64,000 nucleotides of DNA from Raillietiella orientalis (Eukaryota), in assembly GCA_036172245.1 (NCBI GenBank), contig JAYWIR010000015.1:3968001-4032000 (forward strand). Direction: 5' to 3'. Of this stretch, positions 1-13,149 are shown one piece after another (position 1 is the stretch's first letter; each line of letters begins with the position of its first letter). The position numbers and the translations under genes are program-made. The notes beneath the pieces are model-generated. The model was not told the origin of the DNA. It worked only from the letters and a program-made list of their open reading frames with translations, and made no database searches.

Positions 1-1039
1 AGCAGCCTGATAAGGACAAAGCTTCATTTTACCTCCTTTCACCACAAAGCCAAAGATCTCTGCGCATTCTTATATTTGCGGATCGCTCATATGACTGCGG
101 ACGACCTCAGCGTCCGCAGTTAGAAGAACAAGGGTCACAGTATTCGCAATCATATTGTGGTATGGTATAGTGTGCTTCGCTGGTCGTTGCCGTGGGAACG
201 TTCCGACTGTTGATAGGCTGTGCTTGCTAGCGTGCGATTGCTGATGAAGGGCATCGAAAATTAATCTCCAAGGATGAAGTGGCTTCCCTTGTCTCGTATG
301 AAATTGCGTTGACAACTTGGAAAAACTGTCCTAATGGTTTACGGAGGATTACACTCAGTAGGCCTTCTGGAATTTTCTTTGTATATCAGGCGAGCCCCTA
401 TTGACGGTGGTTCACCGTTTCTTAATGTGAATCCTACTGGCTACGTGGTTCTGAAGAAATCTGCCTGCAAATGTGAGAGAAAATGATGACGCGATTGCAG
501 CAGAAGGGGTTGCCAAGAAAGCGATGCTGGAAAGCGGCCAGGGGAGAGCTATCAAAGAAAACAAGGCGAGTTCATGGGATGGAAAAGGGGCTTTTGGAGA
601 GGTTGAAGAAAGAATAAACTTCTCGTAGGATGTTTCTCTAATGTACCGGAAGGATCACTTCATTTGTGTGCCAAAGGCAACTCGGTAGCAGCGTAGGAAT
701 CTGCAGGGAATTCTGATTAGGCTCTTGCTAACAAAGGTAAACCCAAAGGTATACTGAAGCTGTCAAAAATAGCACCATCGACACAGATGTTGAAGTGCAC
801 TCTTCTGAAGAGTTCGTCTTGGTGACAACGGTAACCACTCGACGGGTTGCTTAAAGAAACGCTACGAATATAATAAACAATTCAAGCCATTAAGGTCCCG
901 CGTCTCAAAGATGGTAGCAAAGGTACGAATACAGGTGAAATCACCATAAAGCTGAACAAAATCGGGTTGCTTGGGAAGAATGAGATGCGAGGAAGCTTTT
1001 TCCCCTCATTCACACGTACCGAATAAAGTCTCATCCACT

Positions 1040-2150
1040 GCGGACTACACCTTCGGCAGGTAGCCATGCTGGCCAAGAAGAGCGGATGGACCTCGTGCCA
1101 CCCGCGGACGGTAGCGCCTGGTTGCCGGAAACCGTTTTGCACGTTGGCGAGGATGCAGGAGCCAAGCGCGGAACAGGTGCGACGTTTCCTGTACGCGCGT
1201 AACAACAACTGCATGATCGGGAGATCCTGGAAGATCCCGTGAAGAGTGCATGGGCAAGCAGGACCTCCCTTGCCACCCTTGCCTCCCTGTGCTCCCTCAG
1301 GGAACACATGGACAGTAGCCTTACGGCTAGATAAGAGGTTCCTGTGGAAATCTCCGGAAGGGAGGAAAGGACTGGGCGAGTGGGCGACGGGCCAGCTCAC
1401 CGACGCTGCGACCCCGATTGCTCGACCTCCTGGACTTTTGCGCTGAAGCGTGCTACTGGGTATTCCGGAAAAAGACCTGCAGTGATCTGCAATGCTCACG
1501 AACACCCGCATCCTTCCCTCGAAGTGGCAGAAGTCGGCGTTGATGCTGCTGCACTGGGGCTTCCTGTGCAACGCTCACCGGAATCATTAGACACGGGGGT
1601 GAGGTGCAAGGTGTCCAAACTGTGCAAGGTGCGGAGAGCGGGAATCCATCCCGCACCTTCTAATGGACTGTATTGTCCTCCGACCCCTTTGGAAATGCTT
1701 GCCGCGACCTTTGGAATCCACGGCGGCAACGCCAGAGACGTTGGACAGCGCCTGTTCCAGCGCGACTCCCTCACGCCGGCCGCATCCCTAGCAGCACTTT
1801 GGTGCCCACACGGCGGGATCGTGGCTGCATGGAGCAACTCCCGAGGAGGCCAGTACGACAGGGATACCACCTATTTTGCTGTCCTCTTCATAAGGATGGC
1901 GTCAAGATGGCCCCATCTGGGAGTCTTGGAACAGGAACTTGCCGGCATCCTTACAAGGATGCAGAAGACACCCTCCCGCACACAGGGATCCTTTCCCGAA
2001 CCCCCCTTCTATTTTCTGACTGTATGTTTTTGGTTTTAGTTTTGTTCTTTTTGTTTACCTGCCCCTCCCCTGTGCTGCCAGGGCGAACTCCTCTGGCCTG
2101 CGTGCCATTTCCCGGCAGGTTCCTTCTCGTATTTCTAAGTAACGTGACAG
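1040..2150 (+). mobile_element. L1/Tx1-like non-LTR retrotransposon, degenerate 3' part of ORF2 plus 3' UTR
   Basis: Frames give LLHWGLPVQRS, CKVRRAGIHPAPSNGL (decayed CCHC finger) and LAALWCPHGGIVAAWS...RMASRWPHLGVLEQELAGILTRM, matching the ORF2 C-terminus of the copy at 6560-11096; a T-rich 3' UTR follows. Confidence 0.8.
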
Positions 2151-2224
2151 GATCAGACGTCCTGCTTGCATGGGGGGAGGAAGCGACTACGAAACCCACG
2201 ACGCACCCCTATTCTCGGCATCGA

Positions 2225-2307
2225 TCCTCCACATGGGGATTTAACTCGCTTGAATGCTTGGTGCCACGCGCGGAGACCACAGCCACACGGCTGCCCCCAG
2301 GGTGGAA
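2225..2307 (-). pseudogene. tRNA-like unit (degenerate; SINE head or tRNA pseudogene)
   Basis: Minus strand reads TTCCAC...GTGTGGCTGTGGTCTCCGCGCGTGGCACCAA...GAGTTAAATCCCC.TGTGGAGGA: acceptor-like ends and a B-box-like motif. Internal core is shared with the unit at 2461-2543. Confidence 0.35.
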
Positions 2308-2460
2308 GTGTCGACAGTGAAATGGTACAGGGGTCTTGCAAGTTCATCAATCATCTAAAGAAGGGAGAAAGGAAGCAAGAGTAATCGGTACTCGTTGACG
2401 CATCCAGGATGTCAAGGCGCACCTCCAAGCCAAACATCCGCTGTCGGAGGCTGCAGAGCT

Positions 2461-2543
2461 GTCCCTCCGGCTGGGATTCGCACCCGCAACGTTTGGCACC
2501 ATGCGCGGAGACCGCAGCCATACAACGTGGGCAAAAGAGGAAC
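2461..2543 (-). pseudogene. tRNA-like unit (SINE head or tRNA pseudogene)
   Basis: Minus strand reads TTCCTCT...GCGGGTGCGAATCCCAGCCGGAGGGA. The paralog at ~30789-30868 has a B box GGTTCGAATCTC and an A-box-like TTGCTCGAGATGG. TTCCYCT/GGAGGGA can pair as an acceptor stem. Confidence 0.5.
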
Positions 2544-2599
2544 TGAGTTCTTTTTTTTACTGTAACCCTTATTATTATTATTTTTATAGAAGAGGACTC

Positions 2600-4482
2600 T
2601 GCGGCACAACCGGGCGAAAAGCTTGCTGGAGTCGGCCACTCTTCTGAGACGTCCGAGTCGCCTGCAAGTACACCAAGATACAGGGAGGTGCTACTCGTGG
2701 GATCTCCGAGCGGGGGCAACCTAACTGTCCTGCCCATGAGGTCATGCCATGGAGACTCCATGGACTCCGTCCTGTTGACGCTCGCTGGTGTGTCGGAAGA
2801 TCGCCCGCGCAAGCCGACAAGGGCGGCGTTCAGGGACAGAGGGACGGTAGGGTCACCTCAGGGTTTCCCGAAGCCCCTTCAGTGCGAACTCGAAGCAGCA
2901 GTGAAGTGCAGTGGGCTGAGGCCATTGGACGGCGAGGATAAAATAGGCAAATGAACCGGGTGCGAGAGGACCTACTTTCTTTGCAGGACCCAAAGCGGCA
3001 ACACGGAGGTTTCACTCCTGGATTCGCTCAGAGATGGCAGCACTGGCTCAGGAGTTCAAGCGTCTCGCTGGAGCTCCTGGTCCAAATACACTTGAGGAAG
3101 ATTGCCCCGCTCGTGCTGCACTATTGCTACATGCTAGAGCATTCGGAGCGCTACTCAGCTCCTTCCTTAGTGCAAGTCGCGGAGCAAAGATGCTTTCAAA
3201 GGGAAGCGGCCACCTCTTTCTCATGAGTCTCCTACGACCTTATCGCATACTTGGATTTCCGCGCAGCACGAGATGCTCCGCAAGGCACTTTTGAGGGAAA
3301 GTGCAAGGAGAGTATGGAAGGCCGTCACGAAATCTTGGTGCGTTGGATAAGTAGAGGAAGCACGTAGAGGATACGTAGAGGGTTGCTCGTTGAATGCGAC
3401 CAGATGTGTACTGCTTGCGTTCTCAGCGCTCTCGATTTCAACCCTTTCGTTCAAAATCTGAAGGGAGCTTCCTTTTTCTTTTTCTTTCCTGGAGATTCGT
3501 TTGTCTTCTCGCGACATCGACAATACATTTGGAACGCGATTCCAGAACATCCAGAACCGTGGAGGCGATGGGCAGTGAGCAGCCAGTTCTGGTCTGCCGT
3601 CAGCCATCCTCTTCGCTGCACTTCCAAGATCCTCGGCACCAGTTTACCAGCGAGGTCTCGGGTAGCAGGGAGCCTCGAGGCGGCTGGACTGCTCCTCAGC
3701 TCAATGACGCCGCAACGGCAACTTTGATTCCTCCCACAGGACTGGTTCGCCGGGATGAACTTTTCGGCTGGAAGAGCCGCAGATTCCCCCGGTGGTCGCA
3801 AAGACCTGGCGCCTCCCTATCAGATGACAGCAGTCGGCGCTGCAGATTTTGCATTAGGCACTCCTATTCGTGAGACGCTCCTCGCCACTGCTGGCCGGGA
3901 TGCAGCGCCAGCACAAACTGCGCCAGGCTCGGGGAGAGCAAGAGACTTTCCCCAGCCTGCTTTAGAAATATGTCGTCCTGCGGGCATCATGGGAACGTTT
4001 CTCCGGGCCCCTCCCTTCTCCAGCTGACGACTCTCTAGACATCTTGGGGATTCTCTTTGTGCGGTGTGCCTGGTCGCCCAGCTGCCGCCGTCGCAGCGCT
4101 TTCTGTGCTGCCCACGCGAGCCTCCAGGAACGACGCTGGGAGTGGTCAGGGGAGCCGTCCCCTGCAGCATCCGTTTCCTTAGAATCGCGGCCAGGCGGAA
4201 CTATCTGAGCGGCTACCAAGAGGAGCTCGCGGGCATCCTGGAAAGGATGCAGAGAACCACACATCGCGGGATGCGCTCCCTTCCCTCCCCCTTTATATTC
4301 AACCAGACTGCTTTTGTTTTCCTTTTCCTTCTCCCTCGTCAATCCCTCAACCCCTCGGTGATGTGGACCTCGCCGTCTCTCCCCAGTGGATGTTCAGACT
4401 TCGGGGGACGTATAGTCCCGCCGATTCCTGTCCGTTTTTTTTCTTGTGGAAAAAACAAACGTCCCTGCGCAACCGGGAGAAA
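2600..4482 (+). mobile_element. L1/Tx1-like element, strongly degenerate 3' half
   Basis: LQDPKRQHGG (cf. LCAPRRDGGL) and RFLRIAARRNYLSGYQEELAGILERMQ; ends in a decayed terminal motif AACAAAcgtCCCTGcgcaaCCGGGagaaa at ~4453-4482. Confidence 0.6.
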
Positions 4483-5259
4483 TCTCTCTGTGATGCGGAA
4501 TGATTCCGGAAGGCGGTGTGATGAATCCGAACTCTCGGATTCGGTCCTGCACCGTTGCTGTAAAGGTTTTCGACTGCGTCCCGGACTTTTTACCGCTCCC
4601 CTTTTTTGCTTCTGCGAACGCACGAGGTTTTCGATCCTTCCCCTGCATTTCCTGGTGATTCGGGAAGAACGTGGGTTTCCATATTGTACCTTGGGAACCC
4701 ATCGGGGTTGTTTGCTTTGCCGAAGGCGCCTAAAAATCCCAAGTGTCGCGCTTGGGTATGTCCTTGAGGTCTTCTAAGTGAAAGCCTTGCATCCATTTGT
4801 TTTTCAGAATCGCCAGTTCTAGGAATTGCCACTCTATTCCTTGAGCTAAAAAAAAACTTCTTCTTTCTGAGGGCAAGTTTAGTGTAGGTGCTTCTTCATC
4901 GACTTATCGACGATAAGATTATTTCAACATCATCTTCTTTCGGAGACTCGTGGATTCTCACGATAGACAGTTCGCTTTTCCAGCAATAGGTAACTGAAAA
5001 ATCACATTTTTTTCCTTTTTAGGATAAAAAGTATTCACCATCTCTATAGAAAGAAATGGGAATTCTGATCGGAAGTAGGAAAGATGGAAGTTCAGAAATA
5101 GAAAATTAGTTGCGCAGCTTGGGAATGAAACCGGTCAACGAAACGGGAGGATTTTACAAGCGTGGGATGCTGCGGTGCTTAATTTCCGGTTTTTTTCCCG
5201 AATTCTCTAGGAAAGTCTGCAAGCGAAAAGAGGAAAAGGAATACCGCGCACCATCCATG

Positions 5260-6559
5260 GCAGGGCGACAGCCTGAGCCCCTTGCTCTTCAGCGCCTATT
5301 TTGAATTGGTGCTGAGAGCGTACAGGGAGACTCTGGTGCACTGCCGTGAGATTGTCCCGGTACGCCCGCGGTTTCAGAGTAAGCGGACGATCTTCTGCTG
5401 TTGCTCCCTATGTCCACGCTGGCCTCCGCGGTCGAAGAGTTCTCGGTCTGCTAAGTCGGGAACAGGGCAAAGTCATCCGTGATGCCAGTCGGTGAGGCGT
5501 GGGCAGGACAGCTAGACTGGATCCACCTGGGGATCCCTAGGTCCGGTACTTTAAGTACCTCAGTGTACCGTTTGGGAACTATCCTCCTGCGGAAGAGTGG
5601 TCCCGCTGCCTCCAGAAGGCTGAGACGGCCAAGTTCCAAGGCGTCAGGTTTTTCCTGCCGGAACGAGCCGCGGTGTGGAACACGTTTGTGGCTCCCCTCC
5701 TTCGTCCCTTGCTTTTTGTTTGTTCCCCACAGCGGAGACAAAAAAGCGGACGAAGGACCTCCTGAGGATCGCCCTTTGGGGCAGAGGGAGGTCCCGAGTC
5801 CGCCTTGTGCGCTACGCGTCGTGACAGCGGTCTCGGCCTCCTGACGCTTTAGCGGCTGGAGCTTCAGCTCCAGTTCAGGATTCCTGCCCTTGCGGCGAAG
5901 CTATGGAGCACCAACTGGTGTGGCCTTGCACGCCTCCTCGTCGAGCAGGCCACCGGCAACGCGGGACTTGCATCCTACCTTGCACTCCGAAGCCCCATCT
6001 GCCACTGCGGACTGCAGCTTCGGAGGGTAGCCAAACTCGCGAGGACCAACCGAAGATGGATCTCCATCTGTCCACCGAACGATAGTGCCTGGCTTCAGGA
6101 AACTGTTCGCACGTGGGCGAGGAGCCTGGAGGAGCAACAGGAGCGCAGATTCCTGTTCGGGCGGCATACCAGCAGCACGTTCCGAGAGATCCTGGAGGAT
6201 CCCCGGGAAAGCGCATGGGCGGGTAGAACTTCCCTTGCTGCGACGCTGCCCTTCCTCAGGGAACATCTGGACAGCGACATCGCGGCAAAATGGGAGGTTT
6301 TCGTTAAAATCTCCGGGACGGAGGAGAAGATCGAGGAATGGAAAACAGGTCAGCTGACTAACGCTGCCACCCCTAGTACCACCCCACATAGACTATTGCC
6401 ATGGGGCGAGCTGCTGGATGTTCCGGTGGACCATCTGAAGTGGCCCCCGGTGCTCATGGACACACGCACCCTCCCCATGAAGAAGCAGCAGTCGGCGCTT
6501 CTGGTGCTGCATTGCAGTCTTCCATGCAACGCCCACCGTCAGCACTGGATGCGGGGAGT
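5260..6559 (+). mobile_element. L1/Tx1-like element H, left part (RT core to pre-zinc finger), split by the insertion at 6560-11096
   Basis: QGDSLSPLLFSAYFELVLRAYRETL, VMPVGEAWAGQLDWIHLGI, WGELLDVPVDHLKWPP...LVLHCSLPCNAHRQHW; resumes at 11097 after a 9-bp duplication. Confidence 0.85.
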
Positions 6560-6774
6560 TTTCACCCGGTCACGCCGGGGCGTTTATTGCTAAACACTAT
6601 GTTTTCGCGGTACGAGGCCCCGCTACGGCCAATAGTTCCTGGGACCTTCCAGGAAGCCGGTTCATAGACCGGCTTGATTCTCCTCGCCAGCGAGGGGGGG
6701 AGAACAAAAAGAAAAATAAATGAAATAACAAAAAGAAACTATTTGGGGGGCCGGGAAGGGATCACAACCCGCTA

Positions 6775-9700
6775 GAGGAAGAGACCGTCCTTTCCAGGAT
6801 GCCCTCGAGGTCCCTCGTCATAGTTCCCAGATGGGACCAACCGATCGCGATTCACAGGTAGCGACCCGCGTGTACGATGGGGTCCCTGTCGCTGCTTCCT
6901 CTGTTGGCTGCGCTCCAGGCGGCCACAATCCCTCGGAGGCAGCAGAGCGCTGCCAGGGTTGAGGCTGGTGGCAGGGCGTCTCGCACGAAGAGGAGTCTCA
7001 GACGTCTCTGGGGGTACTGCCGACCGGCATAGGGAGGGTCGTAGCATAACGTTCCCACAAGGGCCTGAGGGCAGCGCAGTCCACTAACAGATGGGGGAGG
7101 GGTTCCTTCTCCCCGCACACTGCACAGTTCTGTCCCACGTTCCCCAACGTTCAGTGGTGGCGGCGCGCGTTGCAGGGAAGACCCCAGTGCAACAACAACA
7201 GCGCCGTTTCCTGCCACTTTAGGGGGAGGATGGATGAATCAATGAACGACGGGGGCCACTCTAGGTCATCCGTCGGGATGCCAAGCAGCTCGCCCCATCT
7301 CCGTAGTCCATGCGGGTGAACTCTTGGGGTCGCGGCGTCAGCCAGTTCCCTCATGGTCCACCAGTCAGATCCTTCTCTTTGCCCGCTATCCGGCAGGAGA
7401 CTTGCCATCTCGGCTTCCGAATATTTTGGAGCGCCCTCCGTAGGAAGGGTAGCGCCGTGGCCAGTGGGGTCGTCTCCGCCCATGTGCTTCTGGCGGGACA
7501 CACGATCATGTTCCGCAGCGTGCAGCGGGTGTAGATGCCGGTACGCAGGCCGTTGCAGGATTCTTCACTGATATTGTTTATCTTTGCCCACGTTCCAACT
7601 GTTTCTTCCAGCCATGCGCTGGAGTTGGTAGGGCTGCAGGTCATCCACGCGTTCTCCTTTGCCAGGGTGGCCATGCGTCCCAGGAGAAGTCCGCATCTTC
7701 TTTTTTTTCCGCCGGGGCACAGAAGAAAAGACGCGAGTCCTTCAGTCCCGGACACACGTCTGGCGAGAAGGCGGGCCGGTACGCACCACGGGGTGTTCCA
7801 CATTTTCGCTGCGATGGCTAGAGTACGCCACCGCAGCTGTGTTTCCATTCGCTCCATAGTCAGTACGCTGAGACCTCCGTCCCGACGTGGAGCGCACAAG
7901 TGTTTTAGAGGCACACGAGGCCTCCCGCCGCCCCACAGGGCGATACGTAGGAGGTCCTTCGTTCTTTTTCTTAATCCACGGGGTACGGGGCAAACAAAAA
8001 GTAGGGGGCGAAGGAGGGGGGCCGCGAACGCGTTCCACACCGCGGCCCGTTCCGGCAAGTGAAGCTTGCCTTCCAGGAACGGGCCGATCGCTGACTCCAC
8101 TTTTTGGAGACGACCTGACCAGGCTTCTGACTGACAGAAGTCCCCCAACGGACCGCCGAGGTACTTTGAGTACCTTTGAGTATCCCCAGGCGGATCCAAT
8201 CAGGTCGTCCTGCCCACGTAGCACCAACAGCAACCAGCGATGACTTCGTCCTGTTCACCTGTAGTCCTGTCCCACGGCTCAACAATTCGAAGAAATCTTC
8301 GACTTCCGAAGCCGGGGCGGACATGGGCAGCAGGAGCAAAAGATCGTCAGCGTACGCCGACACGGCCGGCGTACCTGGACACGAGCTTGTCAGGGCAGCC
8401 AATGTCACCCTGTATGCTCTCAGCACCAGTTCGAAATAGGTGCTGAAGAGTAGGGGACTCAGGCTGTCGCCCTGCCGGATGCCGCGCCTCACCGGTACGC
8501 CGAACACATGCTGTCCTCTAAAAAATACGTTAATGATCGCATTGCGCCAGCAGGCGCGCAGGTAAGCCAGTAAAGTGTCCGGGAAGCCCATGCGATCCAG
8601 GAGCTCCAGAAGAAGTTCCTGGTCCACGCAATCGAACGCTTTGTGCAGATCGACTGCGATCGCTAAAGCCCCCTTCCCTTCCCGGCAGTCCCTTGTTTGC
8701 CGCGCTGGCGTTCCCAAATTAGGTTTGTCGTCATTTTGTTCTTTTTTCTTCTCTTTTTCTTCGTATTGTAGATTGAACCATGTGCTGGCGAAGAACAGGT
8801 TCGCTTCCATGCTTCGCCCGGGAACAGCGTACGTCTGTTCCGGGCTGACGAAGCTGTCAGCTACCTGTCCCAGTCGCGCAGCCCACAGTCCGGCCAGCAG
8901 CTTGGCGTCCGTGTTCACTATCGTGATCGGACGCCAGTTGCTTAATTTCCTGAGGTCTCCTCCCTTAGGGGGGAGCCTCACCCTGGCTGACCGAAACGAG
9001 GAAGGAACATCGCCTTGGTCTCGGATCAGCGATGTCAATTTGAGCACCAGGGGGGTCAGCTCTGCGACGAAGCACTGAAAGAACTCCGCCGGCAGGCCGT
9101 CCTCCCCTGGCGCCTTACGCCTTTTGAGCCTTTTAATCGCGGTGATGATTTCCCCGGTCGTAAAAGGCTCGTCGAGGCTTTCTTTCTCCTCCTCATCTAT
9201 GGCCGGGGCTCCATCTGGAAGCAGGCGCCGCGAAGCGTCCCACTCCGCAGGTGCCCTTGCGTAAAGAGAGGAGTAAAATCCGCGCACGAGGCGACGTATC
9301 GAAGCCGGCTCCGAGTGTTCCTGGTCCAAATCGTCCAGCACGCTGGGCGGTCCGGTTTGCCATGCTTGACGCTCGGCCCCGGCTTTGTATTCCGCCAAGC
9401 GACGGACGTCAGCGGTCCTTGCGAAACGACGGGCGTGCAAATACGCCCTTTCGTTGCGGGCCCCTTCTCCAAATCCCCGGGGCAGGCGGTGCAAAGGGAA
9501 ATCCTCGCAGAACTCGCGGACCGAGACCTTCATGCGGTCCCAATCTTCGAGGTTGCGGAGGATGACGCCTCTTAGGAACTGACGGAGATGTTCCGCCGCA
9601 CCGGAGATGCGCGTCCAGTCCCCTGGCATACGCCACGCCCTGGATGGTGGTCCTTTGTCGCGTGGCATAATCTCGATTATCAACCGGAAGTGGTCCGATA

Positions 9701-10349
9701 GCGTCGACGGAAGTTTCCCTCGTCTGCCGACCCGTGGGCACAGGTCGGCGTCAAGGAAGACGTGGTCTACGCTTTGGGCCATTTCCGGTAGGTCCCCCAG
9801 CAAGTTGCGCGTACGCATAGCGGCGCACAACTCGTTGGTTGCGTCTTTTTGCCTGCAAGGCACACCTGAGAGCAGGCGGATGTTGAAATCCCCACCGATC
9901 AGATGTGCCTTGCGTACGTTTGTATCCGCCAGCCAGTCGCGCTTCAGGGTTTCGAGGAACCGGGAACGTTCCCCGTACCCGCGTCCTCCGCTCGGAGCGT
10001 ACACATTAGTCACGACAAGGTCGATCGAGTCGGACCACCTAAGGATAAGCTGGCCAACCCGACTGTCCTTGTCGAATCGTACGTCCTTGACGAAGGAAGC
10101 GACTGCTGGCTTCATAAAAAACGCGACGCCACAGGTGTTGCGAGCGCCGCATTGCCAAAATAGACGACCCCCTGCGATCCTTTCGATCTCCTGGGCGTTC
10201 TCCGCGGTGATCACGTGGATCTCCTGCAGGAGTGCCAGGTCGAAGTCACGCAGGGTGTCGGCCGTGTCCCGCCTGTTGCCGTCATCGCGCAGCCCGTTGA
10301 CGTTCCAGCAGGCTACGCGTATCCTACGGCGACAGGCGAGTCCAGGTGT
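6775..10349 (-). pseudogene. ORF2 of element A: APE endonuclease + reverse transcriptase + CCHC finger; frameshifted, start codon lost
   Basis: VACWNVNG, LLQEIH, NVYAP, IGGDFN, VDHVF, SDH (APE); KAPGEDG, WRPITIVN, DLHKAFD, GIRQGDSLSPLLF, YADD (RT); CAVCGEKEPLPHLLVDC. Frameshifts near 8170 and 7365, internal stops near 7151 and 6852. Confidence 0.92.
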
Positions 10350-11096
10350 TAATCCTGGGAAATTGGCAATGGGGCTCCCGCCACCTTGTCGGGCGGGACG
10401 CTAGGAGGAGGGGGTGCGTCGCGCACCGCTTCTCCCTCCTCCATGGAGGACGATTCGTCGTCGGGGCCTTGCAGAGGAAGTAGGGGTTCACCCACCTGCA
10501 CATCCTCCTCCATGGGGGTCGCTAGCTGCACGGTGTCGGGGAATGAGATATTCCCACCCTCGCCTCCCACGCTGCCGGCTTCCCCCTCGGGGGCCGATTC
10601 ATCCGCCTCCTTATTGATCCGGATGCGCCTCCTGGGATTCTGGGACTTGCGTCCCGTCTTCTTTGGTGGCGCCTCCGCTGAAGAGGACGCACTTTCGGCG
10701 TCCGGATCGGCCTCACCTGCCTCCGGAGCCTTCCTCGCGGCCGGCCTTCGCAAGGCTTTTCTCGAGTTCTTTTCACGGCCTTGCAGTTCAGCCGTGAGTT
10801 CTTCCACCGCCTGCTGGAAGGCGGCCTCCTCGATCGCGTCGAGCGCGGCGCGCGGTTCCCCCTCTGTTTCGCCAGAGGGTTCACCATCGACCGTCGCAAC
10901 TTCGGCAGACGCGAGGGGGGGGATTGCTCCCCCGGTGGCGGCATCGGGTGCCTCCACACGTTCTAATTTTACCGAACACGCGCGGAGCTTTTCGCGGCAC
11001 GGTTTTTCGCGCTGCGTTTTTGTTTTCACCGCGTTTCGTTCGGGACTCCCGGGTTTTCTTCGTGGCTGTACCGTCTGCCAGCTTTCGCCGTCACCA
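10349..11096 (-). pseudogene. C-terminal part of ORF1 (gag-like) of element A
   Basis: Open frame of ~250 aa, low-complexity acidic/basic, ending at the ORF2 start. Shares WQTVQ / CSVKLERV with ORF1 of element C (WQVVK / CRVTLDRI). Confidence 0.75.
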
Positions 11097-11525
11097 GCGG
11101 GGAGTGTCGACCCCAACTGTGTTAGGTGTGGAGAGAGAGAATCCCTCCCCTATCTGTTAGTGGATTGTGTTACCCTCCAGCCCCTGTGGGAGCGCTTTGC
11201 TGCGACCCAATTATCCCCTGTGGCAACCCAGGGACGCAATTAAACCCCCCTTCGTTCGCGACGCCCTTAGGCCAGCGGCCTCACTTGCAGCCCTGTGCTG
11301 TCTACGCGGGATCGTCGCTGCATGGAGCAACGCGACGGGAGGACCCAGCGATAGGGATGCCAGAGAATACCCCGTCCGCTTCCTGAGGATTGCGACGCGA
11401 TGGCCCCACTTGGAATCGCATTCAGGAAGAGCTTGCCGGCATCCTCCAAAGGATGTGACGGATCCCAACCAGCGGACTGTGATCCCTCCCCGCGCTCTCC
11501 CCAGTTTTTTATTTATTTTTGTTTT
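11097..11525 (+). mobile_element. L1/Tx1-like element H, right part (CCHC finger, C-terminus, start of 3' UTR)
   Basis: GSVDPNCVRCGERESLPYLLVDC...LAALCCLRGIVAAWS...RFLRIATRWPHL continues directly from the frame broken at 6559. Confidence 0.85.
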
Positions 11526-13149
11526 TGATCTCGCTCCTAACGTCTTACGGAAGATGGGTCCACTCGGCAGCCGACGCCATGTTCACGCCGGCTGTTCCGG
11601 TGGCCTGACGACGAATAACCAGCTTCTCCAGCTCACGGTGGGCCTTGTCGATGGCGCTGGTGCAACAGACCGTTGCGATGACAGCACCTAAGGACCGGCC
11701 ACCTGGAGTGAAGAAGCGGCGCATCAAGTCTCTTGCGGTGTCCCCCTGGTGCAGGAGAGCTGACGCCAGTCTTCGCCACGGTCCTTGGAGGACACCGCAG
11801 TCCAAGAGCAGGTGCGGGAGCGTTTCCACGTCCCCGCCCCGTTTACAGTTAGAGAAGACAACTCCCCCAGAACCACGGTTCGTCCGCTGGCTGGAGTGAA
11901 AACTTTAATGCACCAGCATGATGACGTCCTGATTCCACGAAAGGGGGAACACAGAAGTGTCCACGCGCGAGATAGGGACCACAAGTTCCTCGGGGGGGCA
12001 CACTCAAGAGTTCGCTCCACCGAGGGAGTTCCTTCGCGTTGTTGCGAGGCGTGGCGGCGTCTGCCAGCTCACTAGTCCTCCAGACACCCATGCGATTGTC
12101 CCCATGGTCGTGTTGCTCCTGCAATAGTGCAGGCGACCTCCCACCTTGCCGGTAGGCAACTGTCATCACTTGCCCTGAGGGCAGACAGCGCTTCGGCGAG
12201 GGGCGTGACGGCCAGGCGAGTCCATTTGTCCTGGTTCTGCATCACCCCTCCACTGAACAGTACAGAGAAAGGTCCACGGAACGGAGTTCCAAACGGGACA
12301 CATCCTGTTGCCTTGCCCACGCATATAACGGTTCCTGCCGCCAGGCGTTAAAGTTCGTTGGGCGGCAGGAGATCCAAGTGTGGGTTTCCAGGAGCCGGTA
12401 AAGCGGTTTCAAGGGGAAACCGAAGCTTTTCGTGGAGCGCTCCGTATGCGGCAGTCACGAAAGAAGCCCGTCGCTTCCGGTGCAGCGCCGCAGTAGCAGG
12501 CGTGCGGGAGCACACCACGGAGTGAACCAAAGGTTGGCGCAAAGGGTCAACATTCGAAACTGCACCTGCAGTTCTATTCTTTCCAACGTCAGGATGCCTA
12601 GACCGGCATCCCGACGCGGAGCCGCCAAGTCCTTGAGGCGGATCCTGGACCTCGCGGGTCCCCACAGAGCGTTTCTCAACAGGCGTCTCGCCTATAGCTT
12701 GACCGAGTAGGGGGGCGGACAAACAAAAAACAGGGGGCGGAAGAAGGGACCAACGAAGGTGTTCCAAACGAAGGCACGCTCCGGCAGGACGAACCTGCCA
12801 AGTTGGAACGGGCCCGGAGTACTCGCAGCCTTCCGAAGGCAGTCCGACCACGCCTCCACTGGACTGATGTCCCCCAGCGGGACGTCTAGGTACTTCAAAG
12901 ACCTGGCCGTCGGGATTCCCAGGCGGATCCAGTCGGACTGCCCCTCCCACGCCGCACCAACAGGAACGACCACACTCTTGCTCCAGTTTACACTCACTCC
13001 CGCTCCCTGGGGAATCAGCTCGAGGAAATCCTCAAGACTGGACGTCGGGCTGGACATGGGTAAAAGGAGAAGCAGGTCATTGGCATAGGTTGCCACGGAC
13101 GGCGTACCTGGACAAGAGCTCAGCAGGTTGGCCAGCGTCAGCCTGTACG

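Larger units (their letters stand above)
6560..11096 (-). mobile_element. L1/Tx1-like element A, 5'-truncated in ORF1, with 9-bp TSD
   Basis: GCGGGGAGT occurs at 6551-6559 and 11097-11105. Contains the ORF1 tail, full ORF2 and a 3' UTR ending AATAAAcgCCCCGGcgtgaCCGGGTGAAA. Confidence 0.92.

Noticed and set aside
1..1030. Coding relic in the first kilobase
   Set aside because: No motif was recognised in any frame; left unassigned.
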